Program-made: the position numbers and the translations under genes
In this document: positions 40,779-51,176 of the stretch, one piece after another
How positions within the stretch are numbered: position 1 is the stretch's first letter
How the letters are laid out: each line of letters begins with the position of its first letter
Notes under the pieces: generated by a model
The model's database searches: none
What the model was told of the DNA's origin: nothing
What the model saw: the letters and a program-made list of their open reading frames with translations, nothing else
Assembly (NCBI GenBank): GCA_913045115.1
Contig: CAJWPJ010000001.1
Coordinates: 7,415-71,414 of the forward strand
DNA length: 64,000 nt
Direction: 5' to 3'
Source: an uncultured Gammaproteobacteria bacterium
Lineage (GTDB): Bacteria; Pseudomonadota; Gammaproteobacteria; GCA-002705445; GCA-002716945

Positions 40779-41708
40779 GTGAATTTCTATAATATATCAG
40801 AGCCACTGAATATACATCGTCTCAAAGTTAGTGATCTTCATGAAATTTATATTGAAGAATACGGCAACACAGACGGTATACCAATGCTTTTTTTACACGG
40901 AGGTCCTGGGGCTGGGATTTCACCAATATATCAAAAATATTTTGATCCAAAAAAATATCATCTTATTATGTTTGATCAAAGAGGCAGCGGGAAATCGAAA
41001 CCATATGCTGAGACAAGAGAAAATACAACTGATGACCTTATAGATGATATCAATTTGATCCTTGATTATTTCTCCGTTGATAAGACTAATATCTATGGTG
41101 GATCTTGGGGTTCAACATTAGCTCTATTATATGCGGAGAGTAATCCAACTCGGGTATCATCACTAACACTCAGAGGTGTATTTCTTTGTCGAGAAGATGA
41201 TATAAGTTGGTTTTATCAACATGGAGCTTCAGAAATTTATCCTCATTATTGGGAGAACTACATATCACTTGTCGATAAATCAAAAAGAGATAATATCTTA
41301 TCTACTTACCATGAAATGATTCATTCGCCTGAAGAAAAGATTTCAATGGCTGCATGTAAAGAATGGTCTCTATGGGAGGGTAGATCTTCATGTCTTCTCC
41401 CATCACAAGATGTAATTAATGCATTTGATGAGTGTTCTACATCACTAGCTAAGATTGAGTCACATTATTTTATAAATAACTGCTTCATAGAAGAAAATCA
41501 AATTTTAAAAAATATTAACAAAATTAAAGATGTTCCTTGCTGGATTGTCCATGGACAGTATGATGTTGTCTGTCCAATTAGACAAGCTTATGATTTACAT
41601 ATGTTGTACCCAAAATCAAACTTGATCATAGCTCGTGACGCAGGACACTCTGTTTTGGAGAAGAGTATAAGTAAAGAACTAGTTAAGATTTTTGATGACG
41701 TTATTTAA
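40779..41708 (+). CDS. pip: proline iminopeptidase (prolyl aminopeptidase, S33)
   Basis: LFLHGGPGAG, GGSWGSTLAL (nucleophile) and HS in the C-terminal part. Confidence 0.85.
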   Translation: MNFYNISEPLNIHRLKVSDLHEIYIEEYGNTDGIPMLFLHGGPGAGISPIYQKYFDPKKYHLIMFDQRGSGKSKPYAETRENTTDDLIDDINLILDYFSVDKTNIYGGSWGSTLALLYAESNPTRVSSLTLRGVFLCREDDISWFYQHGASEIYPHYWENYISLVDKSKRDNILSTYHEMIHSPEEKISMAACKEWSLWEGRSSCLLPSQDVINAFDECSTSLAKIESHYFINNCFIEENQILKNINKIKDVPCWIVHGQYDVVCPIRQAYDLHMLYPKSNLIIARDAGHSVLEKSISKELVKIFDDVI

Positions 41709-42471
41709 TAGAATAATAGGACTTTTTCTGATTGTAATAATATTTATCCTTCTCTATCCAGAGCAAAAGAAACCTGACGCAGAGAGAGAAAAAATGATTT
41801 ATGATCAAAATTTAAGTGAAATATTTGATGGTGAACATAAATATGTTGATTACAAGTTTGGTAAATTTTCTATTTTAGAAATTTATAATAATGAAAAAAA
41901 TAAAGCTGTCTTATATCTCCATGGACGAGGACAAAGCCCCAATAATTATGATCTTGCTCATCCAGTTAGGACTCAACTGAGTGAAGGTTTCAATACTTAT
42001 AGCATACAGCTTCCTGTTCTTAAGAAAGGTTCAACTTACAATGATTACATCAATGTATTTTACGACTCTGATCAGAGAATAAGGTCTGCACTAGATTATA
42101 TTTTAAATAACAATAGCAAGATTATAATTGTTGCACATAGTTGTGGGGTACATATGCTGATGTCTTTCATTGAGAATCTTGGTTTGCCCTCGGAGGTTGC
42201 ATCCATTATTCAAATTGGCAGCGGAGCTGTAGACAAAGGGCAAAAAATTATAGCTGAGTATCCGTACAATAAGGTAAACGTTCCTATTCTTGATTTATAT
42301 GGCCAATATGACTTCGACCTTGTTTTGAAAGAATCATCTAAAAGAAGAAAACTTATAAAAAAAACAAGTGATAAATCTTCTCAATTCAAAGTTAATGGAT
42401 CAAGTCATTATCATGATGGAAATGCTGACAAAGTAATTCAGATCGTAAAGAAATGGCTAAGTGACAAATAA
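41692..42471 (+). CDS. membrane-anchored alpha/beta-hydrolase-fold protein (putative esterase/lipase)
   Basis: 259 aa with an N-terminal TM helix, an HGRGQS oxyanion region, the variant nucleophile elbow AHSCG and a C-terminal HYHD. It overlaps the pip stop. Confidence 0.55.
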   Translation: MMTLFNRIIGLFLIVIIFILLYPEQKKPDAEREKMIYDQNLSEIFDGEHKYVDYKFGKFSILEIYNNEKNKAVLYLHGRGQSPNNYDLAHPVRTQLSEGFNTYSIQLPVLKKGSTYNDYINVFYDSDQRIRSALDYILNNNSKIIIVAHSCGVHMLMSFIENLGLPSEVASIIQIGSGAVDKGQKIIAEYPYNKVNVPILDLYGQYDFDLVLKESSKRRKLIKKTSDKSSQFKVNGSSHYHDGNADKVIQIVKKWLSDK

Positions 42472-42488
42472 TATAATAATATAGGCGC

Positions 42489-43076
42489 ATGAGAAAGATA
42501 AGCGAGTCAAGAAAAACAAAGGAAACGGACATAACTCTATCATTAAATTTAGATGGTTCAGGAATAAGTAACCTAAGGGCGGATTTACCTTTTCTGGAAC
42601 ACATGCTCGATCAAACTACTAGATATTCATCAATTGATCTTGATTTAGATGCCAAAGGTGACTTGGAAATAGATGCACATCACACAGTAGAAGATATAGG
42701 TATTACACTGGGTTCAGCCTTTGATAGAGCACTTGGTGATAAAAAAGGTATTCAAAGGTTCGGATATGCATATATACCGCTTGATGAGTCTTTATCGAGG
42801 GTAGTAGTAGATTTTTCTGGAAGACCTGGTTTGATTTACAATGTCACATACCCAAGAGCTAGAGTTGGAGAATTTGATGTTGAATTACTGAGTGAATTTT
42901 TCCACGGTTTCACTAATCACGCTAAAGCTACAGTACATATTGATAATATTCGCGGTAAGAATGCTCATCATATCGCAGAGACAATATTTAAAGCATTTGG
43001 CAAAGCCTTGAAAATGGCTGTTTCAATAGATGTAAACAATATAGATAAGGTTCCTTCGACGAAAGAATTTCTTTAA
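42489..43076 (+). CDS. hisB: imidazoleglycerol-phosphate dehydratase
   Basis: 195 aa with the IGPD motifs ([16 protein letters not shown]). Confidence 0.95.
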   Translation: MRKISESRKTKETDITLSLNLDGSGISNLRADLPFLEHMLDQTTRYSSIDLDLDAKGDLEIDAHHTVEDIGITLGSAFDRALGDKKGIQRFGYAYIPLDESLSRVVVDFSGRPGLIYNVTYPRARVGEFDVELLSEFFHGFTNHAKATVHIDNIRGKNAHHIAETIFKAFGKALKMAVSIDVNNIDKVPSTKEFL

Positions 43077-43708
43077 TGAAAAAAATAGCTGTTATAGATT
43101 ATGGAATGAGTAATCTTCATAGTGTTATTAAATCATTCCAAAAAGCTTCAGATAAAAGATACAAACTGTGTGTCGTTACTTCTGAAAAAAATCTTAAAGA
43201 TGCATCGATGATTATTTTACCAGGGCAAGGAGCTGCTAAATCTTGCATGCAAAAACTCTCAGAAAACTTTCCAAATTTATCAGAATTTATTTTAAATAAA
43301 CCATTTTTTGGAATATGTCTTGGCTTCCAAATACTATTCGAAAAATCATTCGAAGATGATGGTGTTAACTGTCTTTCTATTATTGAAGGATCTGTCAACG
43401 ATTTTAGAAAACAAGTTAGTAAAGATTTGAAGGTACCGCATATGGGATGGAACAATGTTGAGCAAAAAAATGATCATGCGATATGGAATAACATACCTCG
43501 AAAATCTTTTTTTTATTTTGTACACAGCTATTATGCATTAGCCAAATCTGAAGAAAATATTTCTTCTATAACAAAATATGATATAAATTTTACATCGTCT
43601 GTTATAAAAGATAATTTATTTGCATGTCAATTCCATCCTGAGAAAAGCTCAAGGTATGGACTACAATTGATTAGTAATTTCATTAACTGGTCGGAGAGTT
43701 TACAGTGA
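43076..43708 (+). CDS. hisH: imidazole glycerol phosphate synthase glutaminase subunit
   Basis: A class I glutamine amidotransferase (GICLGFQ, FHPEKS). Confidence 0.9.
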   Translation: MKKIAVIDYGMSNLHSVIKSFQKASDKRYKLCVVTSEKNLKDASMIILPGQGAAKSCMQKLSENFPNLSEFILNKPFFGICLGFQILFEKSFEDDGVNCLSIIEGSVNDFRKQVSKDLKVPHMGWNNVEQKNDHAIWNNIPRKSFFYFVHSYYALAKSEENISSITKYDINFTSSVIKDNLFACQFHPEKSSRYGLQLISNFINWSESLQ

Positions 43709-44430
43709 TTGTTTACCCTGCTATTGATATCATTGATGGGAAATGCGTCAGATTATCGAGAGGTGATTATTCAAAAAAGACTATTTACTCTGATAATTTA
43801 GAATCTGTTGTGTCATCATGGCTCAATAAAGGCAACAAGTTTCTTCATATAGTAGACCTAGATGGCGCAAAAGCAGGGAGCCCAACAAACATTGATAGTA
43901 TTTTGAATATAAGAAACTCATTTCCAGATATTTTTATCCAAATTGGGGGCGGGATCAGAGATGTAGAAACCGTTGAAAAATATCTTTCTAATGGTATTGA
44001 TAGGATTATTTTAGGTACTAAAGTTCTTAAAGACAGAGATTTTATTCTATCAATCGACCAAGCTGAGAGAAAGTCATTGGCAATTGATATAGCAATTAAA
44101 GATGGACAACTTGCAGGAGATGGATGGGAAACAACTGCAAAAAATGACGTAGGTAATTTTATTGAGTTTTTTGAGCAAAATGGTATCGAGCGTTTTGTAG
44201 TTACTGACATAAAACAAGACGGCATGATGCAAGGCATCAATACTGAATCTATTATGACTGCCCTAAAGTTTATCAGTACCAAAGCAATTATTTCTGGTGG
44301 AGTAACCTCTATTGAGGATATTCAATCAATCATTAGTATGAGTCCAAGTAAAATTGACGGATTTATAATTGGCAAAGCTCTATATGAAAATGCGATAGAT
44401 TTGGAGGAAGCAATCAGTGAGTGTAGCTAA
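43705..44430 (+). CDS. hisA: 1-(5-phosphoribosyl)-5-[(5-phosphoribosylamino)methylideneamino]imidazole-4-carboxamide isomerase
   Basis: [17 protein letters not shown] at the N-terminus, typical of HisA. Confidence 0.9.
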   Translation: MIVYPAIDIIDGKCVRLSRGDYSKKTIYSDNLESVVSSWLNKGNKFLHIVDLDGAKAGSPTNIDSILNIRNSFPDIFIQIGGGIRDVETVEKYLSNGIDRIILGTKVLKDRDFILSIDQAERKSLAIDIAIKDGQLAGDGWETTAKNDVGNFIEFFEQNGIERFVVTDIKQDGMMQGINTESIMTALKFISTKAIISGGVTSIEDIQSIISMSPSKIDGFIIGKALYENAIDLEEAISECS

Positions 44431-45172
44431 GAGAATAATACCATGTCTTGACGTGGACAAAGGTAGAGTTGTCAAAGGTATAAACTTTGTTGATATTGTA
44501 GATGCAGGTGATCCTGTAGAAATTGCAAAAAAATATGACCAAGAGGGTGCTGATGAAATAACCTTCTTAGACATTACCGCATCCCATGAGGGTAGAGACA
44601 ACATATTGAGTGTAGTTGAGCAAGTAGCAAATGAGGTATTCATTCCGCTCACAGTTGGGGGCGGCGTCAAGAGTTTCAGTGACGTAAGAGATCTCCTATC
44701 TGTTGGAGCTGATAAAGTTACGATTAATACTGCTGCGGTATCAAACCCAGATCTTATAAATGAAGTGACAAATAGGATTGGTAGACAGTGTATCGTTGTC
44801 GCTGTTGATATCAAGAAAAGTAAAGATCAATATCATGTATTTACACATGGAGGTAGGCACAAAACTGAACTAGATGCAGTTAACTGGTGTATGGAGTGTC
44901 AGGACAGGGGTGCAGGTGAAATTTTACTGACCAGCATGGATAAAGATGGAACAAAAGAAGGTTTTGACAATGAGATATTAAATGAAATTTCAAATAAACT
45001 TAATATACCCGTAATTGCATCTGGAGGAGCTGGTAATTTAAAACACTTATATGAAGCAATAGTGTTAGGGAAAGCAGATGCAGTGCTTGCTGCGAGCATT
45101 TTTCATTTTGGAGAGTATAGTATAAGCCAAGCAAAAGATTTTCTTAGAGATAAGGGCGTGTTTGTGAGATAG
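44417..45172 (+). CDS. hisF: imidazole glycerol phosphate synthase cyclase subunit
   Basis: [19 protein letters not shown] and GGGV. Confidence 0.95.
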   Translation: MSVAKRIIPCLDVDKGRVVKGINFVDIVDAGDPVEIAKKYDQEGADEITFLDITASHEGRDNILSVVEQVANEVFIPLTVGGGVKSFSDVRDLLSVGADKVTINTAAVSNPDLINEVTNRIGRQCIVVAVDIKKSKDQYHVFTHGGRHKTELDAVNWCMECQDRGAGEILLTSMDKDGTKEGFDNEILNEISNKLNIPVIASGGAGNLKHLYEAIVLGKADAVLAASIFHFGEYSISQAKDFLRDKGVFVR

Positions 45173-45186
45173 TAAGGTACAAGAGA

Positions 45187-45501
45187 ATGAATAATATAAT
45201 AGAAAAACTTGAGGTAATTCTTCAGAATCGAAAGGTTGAAAATTCCAAAGATTCATATGTCTCAAGTCTGTACTCTAAAGGCAACCAGCATATTTGTGAC
45301 AAAATTATTGAAGAGGCTCGAGAATTAGTAGACGCTGTTGAAGACGGCAAAGCTCAGGTTGTACATGAAGCTTCAGACTTGCTATTTCATGTTCTTGTAT
45401 TATTAGCTTCACTTGACATTAAATATGCTACGATATTAGATGAGTTAACAAATAGATTTGGAACTTCTGGAATAGAAGAGAAGAATAATAGAAAAAAATG
45501 A
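45187..45501 (+). CDS. hisE: phosphoribosyl-ATP pyrophosphatase
   Basis: 104 aa and MazG-like. EEARELVDAVEDG...EASDLLFHVLVLLA aligns with the HisE part of E. coli HisIE. No hisI lies between hisF and hisE. Confidence 0.85.
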   Translation: MNNIIEKLEVILQNRKVENSKDSYVSSLYSKGNQHICDKIIEEARELVDAVEDGKAQVVHEASDLLFHVLVLLASLDIKYATILDELTNRFGTSGIEEKNNRKK

Positions 45502-45510
45502 GGGATTAGA

Positions 45511-45696
45511 ATGTTAAGCGGAATATCACCATGGTCAATATTACTTATTTTAATTATCGTTGTAGTTTTATTTGGAACAAAGAAGTTGCGTAATATTGGT
45601 TCTGATTTAGGTGCTGCCATGAAAAGTTTTAAGAAATCGTCAAGAGAAGACACCACCACAGAAAAAAATATAGACGATAATAATAAAAAAACATAA
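45511..45696 (+). CDS. tatA: twin-arginine translocase subunit TatA
   Basis: 61 aa with a TM helix, then FGTKKL and an amphipathic helix. Confidence 0.9.
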   Translation: MLSGISPWSILLILIIVVVLFGTKKLRNIGSDLGAAMKSFKKSSREDTTTEKNIDDNNKKT

Positions 45697-45699
45697 GTT

Positions 45700-45972
45700 A
45701 TGTTTGATATTGGTTTTTGGGAATTATTCTTTTTATTCCTACTTGCGCTATTCGTACTTGGTCCGGAAAGATTACCCGAGGTTGCATCATACTTAGGTAA
45801 GCAGTTTGGTAAAGTTCAAAGATATTTCAGTAATGTTAAAAATCAAATTGATGATGAAGTAGATAGCACAGATATAAACAAGATTTTAAAAGATCAAGAG
45901 CTTTCGATAACAGAACTTCAAAAAAGAATCAAAGAAACAAAAGATGACACAGCAAGAGACAAAGCAGAATAA
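45700..45972 (+). CDS. tatB: twin-arginine translocase subunit TatB
   Basis: MFDIGFWELFFLFLLALFVLGPERLP matches the TatB N-terminus. Confidence 0.8.
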   Translation: MFDIGFWELFFLFLLALFVLGPERLPEVASYLGKQFGKVQRYFSNVKNQIDDEVDSTDINKILKDQELSITELQKRIKETKDDTARDKAE

Positions 45973-46726
45973 GAATACGTTTCTACCTCATTTGTTAGAA
46001 TTAAGAAGTAGACTATCAAAGACATTAGTATTTGTTTTGATAGTTTTCATCATGCTAATACCATTTTCTGGTGAGATATACAATTTGTTATCAATCCCTC
46101 TACTAAATGCACTTCCTTCCGGCAGCGAGATGATCGCTATTGATGTTGCATCACCTTTTCTTATACCTTTCAAATTAGTTGTTTACCTATCAATATTTAT
46201 AGCGATTCCATATATCTTGTTCCACGTTTGGTCATTTGTAGCTCCTGGTTTATACAATCATGAGAAAAAACTAGTATTCCCCTTAATTGTATCAAGTAGT
46301 ATTTTATTTTATCTTGGGGCATTGTTCGCATATTTCATAGTATTCCCTTTGATCTTTGTTTTCTTCGTAGGTATTGCTCCAACTGATGTTGCTGTTATGA
46401 CTGACATAGGCAGGTACCTAGATTTTGTTATCGCGTTGTTTTTTGCATTTGGATTTGCTTTCGAAGTTCCTATTGTAACTGTTCTATTAATCACAACAGG
46501 GATTACAACTAGAGAAAAACTCTCTCTGAAAAGGCCATATATAATAGTCGGAGCATTCACACTAGGTATGCTTTTAACTCCTCCTGATGTCATCTCACAA
46601 ATCTTATTAGCTTTACCGATGTGGCTACTTTATGAACTAGGACTCTACTTCTCTCAATATTTTAAAATTAGGAAGATACCTAACAGTAGTGAGGAAGTGT
46701 ATAATGATATCGCAAACAAAAAATGA
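45944..46726 (+). CDS. tatC: twin-arginine translocase subunit TatC
   Basis: 260 aa with 6 TM segments and HLLELRSRL at the N-terminus. Confidence 0.9.
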   Translation: MTQQETKQNKNTFLPHLLELRSRLSKTLVFVLIVFIMLIPFSGEIYNLLSIPLLNALPSGSEMIAIDVASPFLIPFKLVVYLSIFIAIPYILFHVWSFVAPGLYNHEKKLVFPLIVSSSILFYLGALFAYFIVFPLIFVFFVGIAPTDVAVMTDIGRYLDFVIALFFAFGFAFEVPIVTVLLITTGITTREKLSLKRPYIIVGAFTLGMLLTPPDVISQILLALPMWLLYELGLYFSQYFKIRKIPNSSEEVYNDIANKK

Positions 46727-47277
46727 GTAATCAAGGAAAACGAAAAATTTGGTTTGTGCGCCATGCCCAATCTGAATATAACAAAAAACATCTCTTTACA
46801 GGTTGGCATAACCCTAATCTGACAGAAAAAGGTGTCGGTGCTGCAAGAGAGCTTAAGAGTGATTTGTCATCAGTAGACTTTGACCATGTTTTTAGTTCAC
46901 CACTTAAGAGAGCCGCAGACACAGCATCATTAATAGTCGAAGGCCGTTATGAAATTAAATTTGATGATAGGCTAAAAGAGAGAAGCTATGGCGACTGGTC
47001 AGGACTAAATAAATCTGAAATCAAAGAAAAAGTTGGTGAAGAGCTATTTCTCTCTGCGCGGAGAGGCTGGAGCACAAAACCACCTAATGGAGAAAGTTTA
47101 GAGGATGTCAGTAGCAGAGTGAGTAGTTTCTTAGAAACACTACCTTTATCTGGAAATATACTGATTGTGTCTCATGGAAATACTATAAGAGCTATCAGTG
47201 TACTCCTTGGGATAAATAATAAAGAAGACATTTCATCATATGAAATCAAGACTGGTAGTTATCTTTTAGTTGAATAA
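46723..47277 (+). CDS. histidine phosphatase family protein (phosphoglycerate mutase-like / SixA-GpmB type)
   Basis: The RHG motif FVRHAQSEYN and the second His motif VSHGNTIRA. Confidence 0.7.
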   Translation: MSNQGKRKIWFVRHAQSEYNKKHLFTGWHNPNLTEKGVGAARELKSDLSSVDFDHVFSSPLKRAADTASLIVEGRYEIKFDDRLKERSYGDWSGLNKSEIKEKVGEELFLSARRGWSTKPPNGESLEDVSSRVSSFLETLPLSGNILIVSHGNTIRAISVLLGINNKEDISSYEIKTGSYLLVE

Positions 47278-47280
47278 TAA

Positions 47281-47299
47281 AGCCGACTTCATGTCGGCT
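47281..47299. terminator. hairpin terminator, better suited to the minus-strand DUF3050 gene, possibly bidirectional
   Basis: A 7-bp GC-rich stem, AGCCGAC paired with GTCGGCT, encloses a 5-nt loop. On the minus strand it is followed by TTATTATT. On the plus strand it is preceded by an A-tract only. Confidence 0.55.
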
Positions 47300-47345
47300 C
47301 TATCATATACGGAGGAGGTTTGTATATAAGTATATTAACATATAG

Positions 47346-48116
47346 TTATATAATTGCAAGCTTCAAATCCTCATGAATTCTATCCCATACTAGTAATCTA
47401 AGCTCTAATGAATTTATAGCAGATGTATAGGCAAGATTTAGTTGTAATTTATTACAAGAAACATCTAGAAGTTTCATGGACAATGGGCCATGCCTATCCC
47501 CATCAATGTCAATATGTCTCTCTAGGTATGTTATGAGATATTTAGATGTAGGGCTCTCGTTTATCGCAGGCAATATATATTTGAACATATTTGGAATCAC
47601 TTTTTCTCTACCTAAAGTAAACGCACCAACAATTTCAGGTAAACTGCCTCTAATCGATACCTGCAGATCATTCTTCAGAAAGTTTTTTACTTCAGCAGAA
47701 GCTTTGATATCATCTATAAATTTTTCATTATATCCTTTATCAGTAATTTTTGAGATTAATATATCTAGCTGGTCTGAGTTAGCTCCCATACTTTTCATTG
47801 CCAAAAGATAAATCTCAAAATGAGAAATGTAACCAATGCCATCAATATAGTCTGATTCTTCACATAGAATTATTTCATTAACAAAATTTATTAGTCCATT
47901 CTTTGTATTCTCATTCGGCACCCATGGAAGATTATTTGAGGTTATTTTTTTCTGGAGTGATTTGAGTATGCTCATGAAACCCCAGACAGCAAAAATATGT
48001 GATTCCATAAATTTACAGATTTGCTTCGGCTGAAGTTTACTCTCAAACAACGGGTGGGTTGTAATTTTATGCCTGAGTTCTTTTAATTTATTCTTATTAT
48101 TTACAAGATTTTCCAT
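47346..48116 (-). CDS. DUF3050-like protein (heme-oxygenase-like fold, function unknown)
   Basis: 256 aa. HPLFESKL...FMESHIFAVWGFMSILKSLQ...SHFEIYLLAM resembles the conserved DUF3050 blocks. The assignment is from memory of the family and has not been searched. Confidence 0.45.
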   Translation of the reverse strand: MENLVNNKNKLKELRHKITTHPLFESKLQPKQICKFMESHIFAVWGFMSILKSLQKKITSNNLPWVPNENTKNGLINFVNEIILCEESDYIDGIGYISHFEIYLLAMKSMGANSDQLDILISKITDKGYNEKFIDDIKASAEVKNFLKNDLQVSIRGSLPEIVGAFTLGREKVIPNMFKYILPAINESPTSKYLITYLERHIDIDGDRHGPLSMKLLDVSCNKLQLNLAYTSAINSLELRLLVWDRIHEDLKLAII

Positions 48117-48122
48117 ATCTTT

Positions 48123-48196
48123 TGGGCCCGGCAGGACTCGAACCTGCGACCAATGGATTATGAGTCCACTGCTCTAACCAACTGAGCTACAGGCCC
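48123..48196 (-). tRNA. tRNA with anticodon CAT (elongator Met or lysidine-modified Ile2; T-arm/variable loop resemble tRNA-Ile2)
   Basis: The minus-strand sequence is GGGCCTGTAGCTCAGTTGGTTAGAGCAGTGGACTCATAATCCATTGGTCGCAGGTTCGAGTCCTGCCGGGCCCA. It folds into a cloverleaf with a 7-bp acceptor stem, a D-arm, a GTGGA/TCCAT anticodon stem, the loop CTCATAA and TTCGAGT in the T-loop. No CCA is encoded. It is not an initiator: position 1-72 is paired and the anticodon stem lacks 3 GC pairs. Confidence 0.85.
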
Positions 48197-48205
48197 GTCA
48201 CTTAA

Positions 48206-48670
48206 TTACAAAATCATATTTTTCTTCTTTCTTATGTATTTTTGATGATACTCTTCTGCTATCCAAAAACTACCAGCCATAGTAACAGAGGTAACAATTT
48301 TATCATTATAAGCATCTTTATTTAAATTCCTTTTTATTGAGTCAGCTATTAGGTATTGATCGTTGTCTAAGCAAAAGATTTCGGATCTATATTGGGTACC
48401 AATGTCTGGACCCTGCCTATTAAGTGTAGTTGGATCATGGATTTTAAAAAAAAGATTAACAAGGTCGTCATAACTTATAACTTTTTCATCAAACTTTACT
48501 CTCACTGCTTCTGCGTGCCCCGTGTCACCAGAACAAACATCATGATAACTGGGACTTTCCGTATATCCGCCTGTATAACCAACTTCTGTATCTAATACAC
48601 CGGGTTGTGATAGAAACTTTTCTTCTATTCCCCAAAAGCAACCAGCAGCAAATATTGCTAATTTAGTCAT
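48206..48670 (-). CDS. msrA: peptide methionine sulfoxide reductase MsrA
   Basis: [10 protein letters not shown] is the active site. Confidence 0.9.
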   Translation of the reverse strand: MTKLAIFAAGCFWGIEEKFLSQPGVLDTEVGYTGGYTESPSYHDVCSGDTGHAEAVRVKFDEKVISYDDLVNLFFKIHDPTTLNRQGPDIGTQYRSEIFCLDNDQYLIADSIKRNLNKDAYNDKIVTSVTMAGSFWIAEEYHQKYIRKKKNMIL

Positions 48671-50501
48671 TATCTAAAAAACTTTTTAGGTTTTGTGCTC
48701 TTGATGGGTGTCTTAACTTTCTTAAAGCTTTTGCTTCAATTTGTCTTATTCTCTCTCTTGTTACGTCGAATTGTTTGCCAACTTCTTCAAGTGTATGGTC
48801 AGTGTTCATATCTATACCAAATCTCATTCTGAGAACTTTTGCTTCTCTTGGGGTTAGACTTGATAAAATGTCGTGAGTAGAGTCTGATAACCCATCACTA
48901 ATAGTTTGATCTAAAGGTTTTTCTGCATTTTCATCCTCGATAAAGTCTCCAAGATGTGAGTCTTCATCATCTCCAACCGGAGATTCCATTGATATTGGCT
49001 CTTTTGCTATTTTGAGGACTCTTCTTACTTTCTCCTCAGTCATGTCCATGTGCTCAGCTAGTTCTTCAGGAGATGCTTCTTTACCATTTTCTTGAAGGAG
49101 TTTTCTCTGAATTCTGTTTAATTTATTTATAGTCTCAATCATATGAACTGGGATACGTATTGTCCTCGCTTGATCAGCTATAGACCTTGTGATTGCTTGT
49201 CTTATCCACCATGTAGCATATGTAGAGAATTTATAACCCCTTCTATATTCAAATTTATCAACAGCTTTCATAAGACCGATATTGCCTTCTTGAATTAAAT
49301 CCAAAAACTGTAGACCACGATTTGTGTATTTCTTAGCAATAGAGATTACTAATCTTAGGTTAGCTTCAACCATTTCTTTTTTTGCATTTCTTTCTTTTAT
49401 CTCGCCAGTTCTTCTATCTTTATTTATCAGTTTGATTTCTTGTATTGTAAGTTTCTGGTTGCTTTCGATGAGAGATAGTTTCTTATTTATCTTATTGAAC
49501 TCCTTAGTAAATAGCTCCTCATCGACAGTTGCTTTAAGGAAACCCTTTTTTATCTGCTCGAGAAAATCTAAATTTGTTTCGTTATTTTTAAAAAGTTTCA
49601 AGAACTCTTTTTTCGAAAGCTTCGTGTCTTTTGAGCACAATTGAAACATATCTTTTTCATACTTTACGATATTACTAGATATTTCTTCAATTCTCCCTGT
49701 AAGTTTCTCGATAAATAAACTTGTGAATTTGAAAGTTGATATTTCATTTTTTATTTTATCAAAAACCTTATCAGCTTTTTTTTGATCTTTTTGTGATTTG
49801 AATTTCTCGTAGTAATCTTTTATTTTTGCTACTTTTTCAATAACTAGTTCTTTATCTGGAGAGTTATCTATTATTTGCTCATCTTCATCCTCATCTTCAG
49901 TTTCAATATCATCTGTCTTTTCATTTGTCTCTGGGATTTGTTCTGTTTTAAATTCTTCATCGGATTTTTCTTTAACATCAAGAATATAATCAGATATTTG
50001 TGATTCTATCTCTTCCTCATTTTTGAATAGTTTGAGAAAGAAACTTATTGATTCTGGAAATCTTTGTATTGCGGTATAAATTAGCTTCTGCCCTTCCTCA
50101 ATCTTCTTCGCTATGATGATTTCACCAGCCCTATTAAGTAGTTCAACTGTCCCCATTTCACGCATGTACATCCTGACGGGATCTGAAGTTCTTCCGAACT
50201 CCTCATCTAAGTTTGACAGAACTTCTACAGCTTCTTGTTCCGTAATTTCATTATCATCATCATCTGATACTTCCTCATCACCGATTACAACCTCAGTATC
50301 TACATCTTTATTACTCTCAACAACTTTAATTTTTAGATCTGTGATAAGTTTTATGATTCCATCTATCTGATCGGAATCGTAAAGATTTGTAGGCAGCAGA
50401 TCATTTATTTCACCTATGGTGAGAAAACCTTGTTCTCGACCTTTCTCAATTAGGTCTTTTATTTCCTTTTGTTTAGATTTAGATAAATTATTATTTGGCA
50501 T
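48663..50501 (-). CDS. rpoD: RNA polymerase sigma factor RpoD (sigma-70)
   Basis: 612 aa with an acidic region 1, region 2.4 [19 protein letters not shown] and region 4.2. It overlaps msrA by 8 nt. Confidence 0.97.
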   Translation of the reverse strand: MPNNNLSKSKQKEIKDLIEKGREQGFLTIGEINDLLPTNLYDSDQIDGIIKLITDLKIKVVESNKDVDTEVVIGDEEVSDDDDNEITEQEAVEVLSNLDEEFGRTSDPVRMYMREMGTVELLNRAGEIIIAKKIEEGQKLIYTAIQRFPESISFFLKLFKNEEEIESQISDYILDVKEKSDEEFKTEQIPETNEKTDDIETEDEDEDEQIIDNSPDKELVIEKVAKIKDYYEKFKSQKDQKKADKVFDKIKNEISTFKFTSLFIEKLTGRIEEISSNIVKYEKDMFQLCSKDTKLSKKEFLKLFKNNETNLDFLEQIKKGFLKATVDEELFTKEFNKINKKLSLIESNQKLTIQEIKLINKDRRTGEIKERNAKKEMVEANLRLVISIAKKYTNRGLQFLDLIQEGNIGLMKAVDKFEYRRGYKFSTYATWWIRQAITRSIADQARTIRIPVHMIETINKLNRIQRKLLQENGKEASPEELAEHMDMTEEKVRRVLKIAKEPISMESPVGDDEDSHLGDFIEDENAEKPLDQTISDGLSDSTHDILSSLTPREAKVLRMRFGIDMNTDHTLEEVGKQFDVTRERIRQIEAKALRKLRHPSRAQNLKSFLDND

Positions 50502-50618
50502 TGATATATTCTTATTCGAAAGTGAGCTATTATATCACTAATATAATTGTATATAATAACAAAATAACCTGATTTCCTGTTAATTCTAGGGATGAATAAA
50601 GATATTTCAAGATGATTC

Positions 50619-51176
50619 ATGGTTGAAACATATACACCAGAGTGTGATTTTAATGAAAAAGCTCATGATTTTGAGCTTAAAAATGTCGATGATAAATTTT
50701 ATCGTTTGGATGAGCTGGTTGGAGCTAAAGCTACGCTTATAATGTTCATATGTAACCACTGTCCATATGTCAAGTCAATCCTTGAGCAATTAGTTGTAGA
50801 AGCAAGTGTTTTGCAGAAAAAAGGAGTTGCCTGTATTGCCATCAATTCAAATGATTATGAGCAATATCCAGAGGACTCATTTGAAAATATGCAGAAAATA
50901 TCAAAAAAATATGGTTTTAGCTTCCCCTACTTGATAGATGATTCACAAGCTATAGCTCGAGAGTATCAAGCTGTCTGTACCCCTGATTTTTTTGGATATA
51001 ACAGCGAACTTGAGTTGTTGTATCGAGGAAGATTTGATGATAGAAAAACATCTAAGCAGATGTCAGCTAATTCAAGCGAACTCTTCAAGGGCATGATTGA
51101 AATTGCGCGCACTGGAAAGACACCCATAAATCAAATACCAAGTGTTGGCTGCTCTATCAAGTGGAGAAAAAAATGA
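50619..51176 (+). CDS. thioredoxin-fold protein (TlpA/AhpC-TSA-like thiol-disulfide oxidoreductase)
   Basis: 185 aa with the CxxC motif FICNHCPYV in a thioredoxin-like context. It has no signal peptide. Confidence 0.6.
   Translation: MVETYTPECDFNEKAHDFELKNVDDKFYRLDELVGAKATLIMFICNHCPYVKSILEQLVVEASVLQKKGVACIAINSNDYEQYPEDSFENMQKISKKYGFSFPYLIDDSQAIAREYQAVCTPDFFGYNSELELLYRGRFDDRKTSKQMSANSSELFKGMIEIARTGKTPINQIPSVGCSIKWRKK

Noticed and set aside
48123-48196. Initiator tRNA-fMet assignment for the CAT tRNA
   Set aside because: Position 1-72 is a Watson-Crick G-C pair. The anticodon stem (GTGGA/TCCAT) lacks the three consecutive G-C pairs of initiators. It is an elongator Met or Ile2 instead.
50502-50618. 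Possible regulatory RNA or leader in the 117-nt rpoD/thioredoxin-like divergent gap and the 109-nt pseudoazurin/rpe gap (59700-59808)
   Set aside because: I could not identify conserved structure, riboswitch-like motifs or an ORF. They are most simply divergent promoter regions.
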